DNA from: Bacteroidota bacterium
GTDB lineage: Bacteria > Bacteroidota > Bacteroidia > Bacteroidales > WCHB1-69
Reading direction: 5' to 3'
DNA: 64,000 nt
Assembly (NCBI GenBank): GCA_019135895.1
Contig: JAGVVH010000415.1
Location: 3,226 to 67,225 of the forward strand
Shown: one piece after another, positions 58,531 to 64,000 of the stretch
Layout: every line of letters starts with the position of its first letter
How positions within the stretch are numbered: the first letter of the stretch is position 1
Notes under the pieces: model-generated
Databases searched by the model: none
Seen by the model: only the letters and a program-made list of their open reading frames with translations
What the model was told of the DNA's origin: nothing
Translations under genes and position numbers: made by a program

Positions 58531-59395
58531 GAGACTCCTTTTTATTCAAAAAAAGTAGAAGAACATTAGCTACTTTTCTTTCACCGAAATGATCATATTT
58601 TCCATTGTCAGTCGGATGATTTATGATACCATAATTATCTTTGTTAATAAAAAGAGTACTTGAACCTCCACCGTCAAGGTTAAGCATAGTCTTAGCGTTG
58701 AGCCATTTTAGAATGGATGCAAATTCCTTAAGTGTCATTCCCGCAGCTTCTTTCATTCGCCCGTCAACAACAATTAGCAATATTTTTCCTTCATCAGTAA
58801 TGGCAACTCCGGTTCTGTTATGGCGATCTAATGTAAATGAGTTTTGAATAAATGAAAGTGTTTGATGATCAAACAATAACATTGGTCCCGATGTCATTAT
58901 TTCTTCATGTTGCAAGCCATCTTCAAAATCAATATTAGTGTCCGGCATTATGATGGAAAGATGCCCGTTTTGAATGGCAAGAAGACCATTCTTATAGGTT
59001 TTGCGTTTGCCATCTTTATAAGTATTTGAAGCAATTTTTTTGCCATTCACTCTGAGATAGTCAGTAGGGATTCCACTTTTCATAAAAAAAAAGGAACCGT
59101 TTATCGCAACGAAAGCTTTATTTATTTTACAAAATTCGGAAGTTTTGGTTAAAGTCGAAGATGCTGCCAGTTTAAAGAAAAAGTCATTTTTATTTTCATC
59201 AATTTCTACAATATATATATTTTGATTTGAGTTGAACAAAGAATTATCTGAAATGGATAAATTTTTAAGCAACAGACCTTCTGCAAGTGTGTCCGTTATC
59301 CAATTTCCGTTAACGACAGCTAATGAATCAAAATTTTGGGCAATCAAGAGATTGCCCAAAAGAGATATAAATATAGCTAAAAAGCTCTTTTTCAC
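58520..59395 (-). CDS. phosphodiester glycosidase family protein (DUF2233/NAGPA-like)
   Basis: GTG start with signal peptide. RTGVAITDEGKILLIVVDGR, and NLDGGGSSTL characteristic of the family. Confidence 0.75.
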   Translation of the reverse strand: MKKSFLAIFISLLGNLLIAQNFDSLAVVNGNWITDTLAEGLLLKNLSISDNSLFNSNQNIYIVEIDENKNDFFFKLAASSTLTKTSEFCKINKAFVAINGSFFFMKSGIPTDYLRVNGKKIASNTYKDGKRKTYKNGLLAIQNGHLSIIMPDTNIDFEDGLQHEEIMTSGPMLLFDHQTLSFIQNSFTLDRHNRTGVAITDEGKILLIVVDGRMKEAAGMTLKEFASILKWLNAKTMLNLDGGGSSTLFINKDNYGIINHPTDNGKYDHFGERKVANVLLLFLNKKESPTY

Positions 59396-59410
59396 AAAGC
59401 CAAATATTTA

Positions 59411-60340
59411 TTAGTCAAGTTCAAAAGAAGTTTCACCGAGAAAACCGGAATCGGAAAATATTTCTACAATATATTTACCTTTTGCCACTTTGTCACCATC
59501 ACGAACATCCCAAAATAAAGTAACATTTTCTGCTTTTTTTGTATAATTGATGGTCGTCTTTGCAGTATATTGTAACTGCTGTCCATTATTATTAAAAGTA
59601 TAAGCATCACTTGCACCCGGTGAAAGAACACGTCCTGTCTCCGGAACTGCAATTCTGCAATATATGTTAACCGGTCCCGGCTCAATAAGAGAGTTCTCTC
59701 CTAATATTAAACTGGTTTTAAATTTTTTTGCTCTTGAAGCTTTCTCAGTAATTACTTCAGAAGAATTTCTGGATTTGTAATAAACAGCACGACTATATAT
59801 GTTGTATGCTTTAAAAACAGCAGCAGTTGTAATTTTGGCACTTAAGTTTTCTTTTTCCTGTTGATAGGTGGCACTTTTTTCCTTCTCCTGAACGAGGGAC
59901 TCTTTTACCTGCGTATTTTCTTGTTTTAATGCAAGATTTTCCTGATACAACTTATCCATTTCATCAACATATTCTTTCGCAATAGTTTGCAGACGAGCAA
60001 GTTGTTTCTTGATTTTTTTGTAGTCAGCCTGAGAATTGATTAATTTCTTAATTTCTTCTGCATTAGCTATTATGGTACTGTCTTTTTCGCTAAGTTGCTC
60101 TGAAAGTTCCCCATACTCAGCTTTAATTTTATCATGTGAAGCTAGTAATGAATCCAATTCGGTCTGGAGATTTTCTTTCTCAGTAGTAGCCTCAACATAT
60201 TGTGTATTAAAAACAGGCTTTGCAAAAAATCCAAAATAAAGAGTTGTTGCAAAAAATACTATGGCTAAGATTGCCAGTGTAATTACCCATTTTTTTAATG
60301 GATTGGTTTGTTCATTTTTTAATTCTGTTGTTGTTTCCAT
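59411..60340 (-). CDS. membrane-anchored coiled-coil protein, unknown function
   Basis: One TM helix (WVITLAILAIVFFATTLYFGFF), about 120 aa of heptad-like E/K/L/Q-rich sequence, then a beta-rich C-domain. Confidence 0.5.
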   Translation of the reverse strand: METTTELKNEQTNPLKKWVITLAILAIVFFATTLYFGFFAKPVFNTQYVEATTEKENLQTELDSLLASHDKIKAEYGELSEQLSEKDSTIIANAEEIKKLINSQADYKKIKKQLARLQTIAKEYVDEMDKLYQENLALKQENTQVKESLVQEKEKSATYQQEKENLSAKITTAAVFKAYNIYSRAVYYKSRNSSEVITEKASRAKKFKTSLILGENSLIEPGPVNIYCRIAVPETGRVLSPGASDAYTFNNNGQQLQYTAKTTINYTKKAENVTLFWDVRDGDKVAKGKYIVEIFSDSGFLGETSFELD

Positions 60341-60402
60341 ATTGAAAATAATTAATTTTGTAAACTCTAATTAAACTGCAAATATACTATTTTAATTGTG
60401 TT

Positions 60403-61104
60403 ATGAGAAAAATATTTACTAAACTAGCCTTCAACCTTTTATCCTTTTTTTATCCAAAATCTTGTGTCTCTTGTAACAATGCTTTACAACAAAATGAAAA
60501 GCAACTTTGTTTAAATTGTATGCTTCATTTGCCTGAAACAAATTATCATTTATATATTGAAAATCCTTTAAAAAACATTTTTTCCGGAAGAGTAAGAGTT
60601 GAAAATGTTGCTTCTTTGCTTTTTTATAAAAAAGAAAATCAGGTACAAAAAATATTGCATAGTTTAAAATATAAGGGGAATAAGTATCTGGGCGAATATC
60701 TTGGAATTTATTATGGTGAAAAATTAATCCAACAAAAAGAATATCAGAATATTGATCTTATTATTCCAATTCCCTTGCATGAAAAAAAATTGAAATTAAG
60801 AGGATATAATCAAAGTGAATGGATAGCTAAAGGTCTTAGTAAAGGAATGAATCTGCCCTATAATGCAAATCTATTAATAAGAACTGAATATACTGGAACC
60901 CAAACAAAAAAAAGTCGTTTTAATCGTTGGGAAAATGTCCGTGATGTCTTTGAATTAACTGACATAGATTTACTTAAAGATAAGCATATTTTATTGTGTG
61001 ACGACGTTCTCACAACAGGAGCTACTACTGAAGCAGCTATCCAAAAAATAATTGAAATTGAAAATGTTAAAGTGAGTGTGGTTACTTTGGCAAGTGTCTA
61101 TTAA
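60403..61104 (+). CDS. comF: ComF family phosphoribosyltransferase-domain protein
   Basis: N-terminal CxxC...CxxC (CVSCNN...CLNCM) and PRT motif ILLCDDVLTTGATT. Confidence 0.85.
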   Translation: MRKIFTKLAFNLLSFFYPKSCVSCNNALQQNEKQLCLNCMLHLPETNYHLYIENPLKNIFSGRVRVENVASLLFYKKENQVQKILHSLKYKGNKYLGEYLGIYYGEKLIQQKEYQNIDLIIPIPLHEKKLKLRGYNQSEWIAKGLSKGMNLPYNANLLIRTEYTGTQTKKSRFNRWENVRDVFELTDIDLLKDKHILLCDDVLTTGATTEAAIQKIIEIENVKVSVVTLASVY

Positions 61105-61109
61105 TAGAC

Positions 61110-61505
61110 TTAATTATCTTTTTCTTTTTTTGAATTACCTTTAAGGGCAAAAATCTCAAAAATGGCAAATAAAAAATAAATGATAATAAATGATATCGCA
61201 AATCGCCATTTATCTTCTTTATTGAAAATGATATAAAGGAATAAAAATAGAAGACAGGACATAAATTTAACCGTGCGAGACAGCAGATACCTTGAAATAA
61301 ATCTTTTTTCATCCCTGTGTTTGTCATTCCTCAATATAATATATAGTGTAAAAAGAGTAATAATAAAGAAAAAAAGAACTATATAAGGCAAGGCAGGAGT
61401 TGAATATTGTGGATACTGCCATTGCATTATAACAGTTAGGGCTGATATAATTATAGAAAAAACAAGTAATCTAAAAGCATACTGTTTAATTGGAATTTTT
61501 GCCAT
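61110..61505 (-). CDS. small integral membrane protein (4 predicted helices)
   Basis: Hydrophobic throughout. The start overlaps the upstream gene by 20 nt. No motif recognised. Confidence 0.5.
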   Translation of the reverse strand: MAKIPIKQYAFRLLVFSIIISALTVIMQWQYPQYSTPALPYIVLFFFIITLFTLYIILRNDKHRDEKRFISRYLLSRTVKFMSCLLFLFLYIIFNKEDKWRFAISFIIIYFLFAIFEIFALKGNSKKEKDN

Positions 61506-61731
61506 TATTATTTTTGTTGATGAATAAATCTTTTATTATAATATACATTGAAATTGCAATTGAAATTAAAGCTCCTAAAATAGTAAACAAAGGTTTTAAA
61601 TTCAGAAATTCATCAAGTTTTAATCCCCCATAAGTGCCTCCTGCAATGATAACAATCATTTGAATAGCAATTCCTGAATAATAAGAATAACTCTGGATTT
61701 GTTTTGTATATTTTGTTTTTTTCTTAATCAT
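61486..61731 (-). CDS. AtpZ/AtpI-like small membrane protein
   Basis: YSGIAIQMIVIIAGGTYGGLKLDEFLNLKPLFTILGALISIAISMY fits the two-helix AtpZ pattern as I remember it. The ATG at 61731 overlaps the bactofilin TGA by 1 nt. Confidence 0.5.
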   Translation of the reverse strand: MIKKKTKYTKQIQSYSYYSGIAIQMIVIIAGGTYGGLKLDEFLNLKPLFTILGALISIAISMYIIIKDLFINKNNNGKNSN

Positions 61732-62132
61732 CAAATGATTTGATTCGGCTCATTTTTTTGAGAAGAATCTATGGGCATTTCTATTTTATTATTGTGCATT
61801 TTGCAATTACCGGCAAAGTTTGCACCAGGCTCAATAGCAACTTTTCCTACCATTATGTTGCCTATCAAATTGGCAGTGGTTTTTAAAGTGAGAAGTTCTC
61901 CCACATTAATATTTGCCTTTACATTTCCCTCTATATCAATAGATTGACAAACGATATCGCCTTCAACACTACCGGAATGGCCAATTATAACTTTTGATTT
62001 GGACTTAATATTGCCTTTAACAGTTCCGTCAATTCTGCAATCTCCTGTTGAAATAATATCTCCGGTTAGAGTTGTTCCGGAAGCTATGATGTTAACGTCT
62101 GTTACACCTTCTTGTTCGTAAATTTTTGCCAT
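61731..62132 (-). CDS. bactofilin family polymer-forming protein
   Basis: Repetitive beta-helix pattern TLTGDIISTGDCRIDGTVKGNIKSKSKVIIGHSGSVEGDIVCQSIDIEGNVKANI... Confidence 0.8.
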   Translation of the reverse strand: MAKIYEQEGVTDVNIIASGTTLTGDIISTGDCRIDGTVKGNIKSKSKVIIGHSGSVEGDIVCQSIDIEGNVKANINVGELLTLKTTANLIGNIMVGKVAIEPGANFAGNCKMHNNKIEMPIDSSQKNEPNQII

Positions 62133-62197
62133 ATTTTCTTGATTTGTTTCTAATTTATTATTTGTTATGTGATATTCATTATGATCACTTCTAATTT

Positions 62198-64000
62198 TTA
62201 TTTCAAATAATATGTCTCAAAAAACTCTTTATACATGGAGCGTTGATCGATTTTATTATAATAAGTAGTATAGTTTGTCGCAGATATTGGATAAATTGTA
62301 ATACTTGCATCTCCTATTTTGGATGCAAATTTATCATTTCTTGTGATAGTATTATAATATTCTAATGAAGTTTCTTTATTTTTAAATCTCGAAATAGTAA
62401 TCATTTGTTCATTTTGATTGATATAAAAACTATTCATGTTGAAGTTTTGCAATCTGAAAAACTCTTTGTTAAAGTTGTTTACATCATTTTTTATATCGAG
62501 TACAGCGTGTTTGCTTACATTTACGATAACAATTACATAATGAAGTTCATTTGGCTTATATTGAAAAGGTCCGTTTAAAACACCTCCCTGATTGGCAATG
62601 GATGTGACAGAAGTATCTGCGGTAAGGTTTGAGGTGATGGAAGAGGGCGTTAGTATTGAGAGATAGGTAGCTGCTATTTCTTTGATTTGAGTATTCGGGT
62701 ATTCATTGATGATGAAATTTAGCTTTTTTCGAAGAGAATCTTCTCCATAAGTTTGTCCAATGGCAACTGCTAATATGTACTCATATTTGGCTTTTAAGTT
62801 CTTATCTGTACACAAAGGAATTGCTTCATTTGCCATTTGGATAGTTTGGGACCACTGTTTTTGTTGGTAAGCTTGAAAAGCTTTTTCATATTTTATTTCA
62901 AGTTCTTTATTTTTTTCGGCAATTTTCTTATAATAATCAGGATCTAAAATAAGTTTTGCAAAATCGGTATCAGAGTATTTGGTTAGAATAATATTTTTTG
63001 GGGTTTCATATTTTGGATTATTTAAATGTAAATAATTCAAATATAACATATAATAAGAAGGTAAAGTTAATTTATCATTGGGGAATCTGGAGATTAATTT
63101 TTCGAATGTTTCATTTGAACGTCTCATATCATTCAGTTGATCCAAATATATGATGGCAGCATTGTACAAAGCATTTGCTATTTTAACATTCGAAGAATCC
63201 ATAGCTTCTTTTGTTAGTGGCAGATCTTGCGTGTAATATTCTGCTTTTTTAGGATCTGTTTCTCTTTTTTTGATTGGATTTCCTTCATCATCATATTCAG
63301 TGGAATCTTTTTCAAGTGTAGGGTCATTTAAGACTGCCATATCTTCAAACGAAATCTGCTGTTTATTGCTTACCCTCCAATTGTCCTCAAGTTTGCGGTT
63401 CCCCCAACGAGTATAAAATTCATTTTTCCCTGCGGTAACTAAGGCTTGGTTGTAAAAATACCATTTTCCGTTTGATGAAGTGGTGTTTATATTAGACATT
63501 CCGGCAGTACTCTGTAATGCCAGCATCCTTTCGGCTTCTTCTTGAGCTGCTCTTCGTTCATCTTCAGTATATTTTGCAATCATCTTATTGACCCAGCTGC
63601 TTCTTTGAGAATCATTAAGTTTGGCTATCCTTTGTAAACTATCCTGAAGGATAACAATTTGGAGATTTTCAACCAGCCCCTTCAAAGTGTTTGCTTTCTT
63701 AACAATTAGAGCATGATTAGGATAATTTTTTGGCAACGAAAGAAGTGCAGTATCATAATATGCCTGGGATTCAATATATTGTTCTTCTTCAAAATATATG
63801 TCGGCCAATGTTACTGCAGAATAGGTTCTTTGATAATCATTGTTGGAATAATGGGAAACAGATAAGGCCAAATTTTTCTTCTGTTCATCTGTATCCTGAT
63901 CAATCCGATAAATTTCTGATATCGCAAAGTAAATCTGGTCTCTGTAGTCTTCATTTTTTTTCTCTTCTAACATCTTTTTCATCTCTTTGAGAATAGTATT
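62198..64000 (-). CDS. large TPR-repeat protein, N-terminus beyond the window end (possibly PorW/SprE-like)
   Basis: The frame remains open upstream of the listed ATG to base 64000. TPR-like Y/A/L periodicity. The PorW/SprE suggestion rests only on remembered synteny with bactofilin/AtpZ genes. Confidence 0.45.
   Translation of the reverse strand, partial: NTILKEMKKMLEEKKNEDYRDQIYFAISEIYRIDQDTDEQKKNLALSVSHYSNNDYQRTYSAVTLADIYFEEEQYIESQAYYDTALLSLPKNYPNHALIVKKANTLKGLVENLQIVILQDSLQRIAKLNDSQRSSWVNKMIAKYTEDERRAAQEEAERMLALQSTAGMSNINTTSSNGKWYFYNQALVTAGKNEFYTRWGNRKLEDNWRVSNKQQISFEDMAVLNDPTLEKDSTEYDDEGNPIKKRETDPKKAEYYTQDLPLTKEAMDSSNVKIANALYNAAIIYLDQLNDMRRSNETFEKLISRFPNDKLTLPSYYMLYLNYLHLNNPKYETPKNIILTKYSDTDFAKLILDPDYYKKIAEKNKELEIKYEKAFQAYQQKQWSQTIQMANEAIPLCTDKNLKAKYEYILAVAIGQTYGEDSLRKKLNFIINEYPNTQIKEIAATYLSILTPSSITSNLTADTSVTSIANQGGVLNGPFQYKPNELHYVIVIVNVSKHAVLDIKNDVNNFNKEFFRLQNFNMNSFYINQNEQMITISRFKNKETSLEYYNTITRNDKFASKIGDASITIYPISATNYTTYYNKIDQRSMYKEFFETYYLK

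Noticed and set aside
61408-61416. DnaA-box-like 9-mer (GTATCCACA on the minus strand, 8/9 match to TTATCCACA).
   Set aside because: It is a single copy inside a CDS with no cluster of boxes and no adjacent AT-rich unwinding element. It is not evidence for an origin.

Overview
This is a compact, AT-rich chromosomal segment. G+C looks like roughly one third by eye; I did not compute it. I place it in Bacteroidota for four reasons. TAnnTTTG -7 promoter boxes recur 20-60 nt upstream of start codons. There are CarboxypepD_reg-type TonB-dependent barrels. Two proteins carry T9SS C-terminal sorting domains. There is also a PorV/PorQ-like barrel. I support about 54 protein-coding genes and find no rRNA, tRNA, CRISPR array, transposase, integrase or recognisable defence gene. 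Recognisable housekeeping genes are pstS (partial), pyrH, frr, gcvH, glnA, dxs, greA, lpxK, phoH, ddl, rlmB, miaA, proS, mazG and comF. Also present are an LptF/G permease, a GT4 glycosyltransferase, the N-terminal half of a split transketolase, and a UvrD/PD-(D/E)XK helicase-nuclease. Several ORF-track N-termini are TTG/GTG artefacts, and I re-set those starts. The items most worth a second look are: (1) a self-contained 9.7-kb operon encoding an oversized plug/barrel protein, a 1575-aa giant protein with a CTD, and a PorV-like barrel; (2) a lipoprotein with about 33% Tyr over 140 aa, two coding tandem-repeat arrays and an apparent -1 frameshift, sitting just upstream of a FadL-like barrel; (3) a cell-wall locus in which a GH73-LysM gene and an M23 gene are each paired with a paralogue that has lost a catalytic residue; (4) tandem trimeric-type purine nucleoside phosphorylases that both carry Asp at the base-specificity Asn position; (5) a bactofilin/AtpZ-like/small-membrane-protein cassette with no ATP synthase genes after it. 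All family calls rest on reading motifs by eye. No database search was run.
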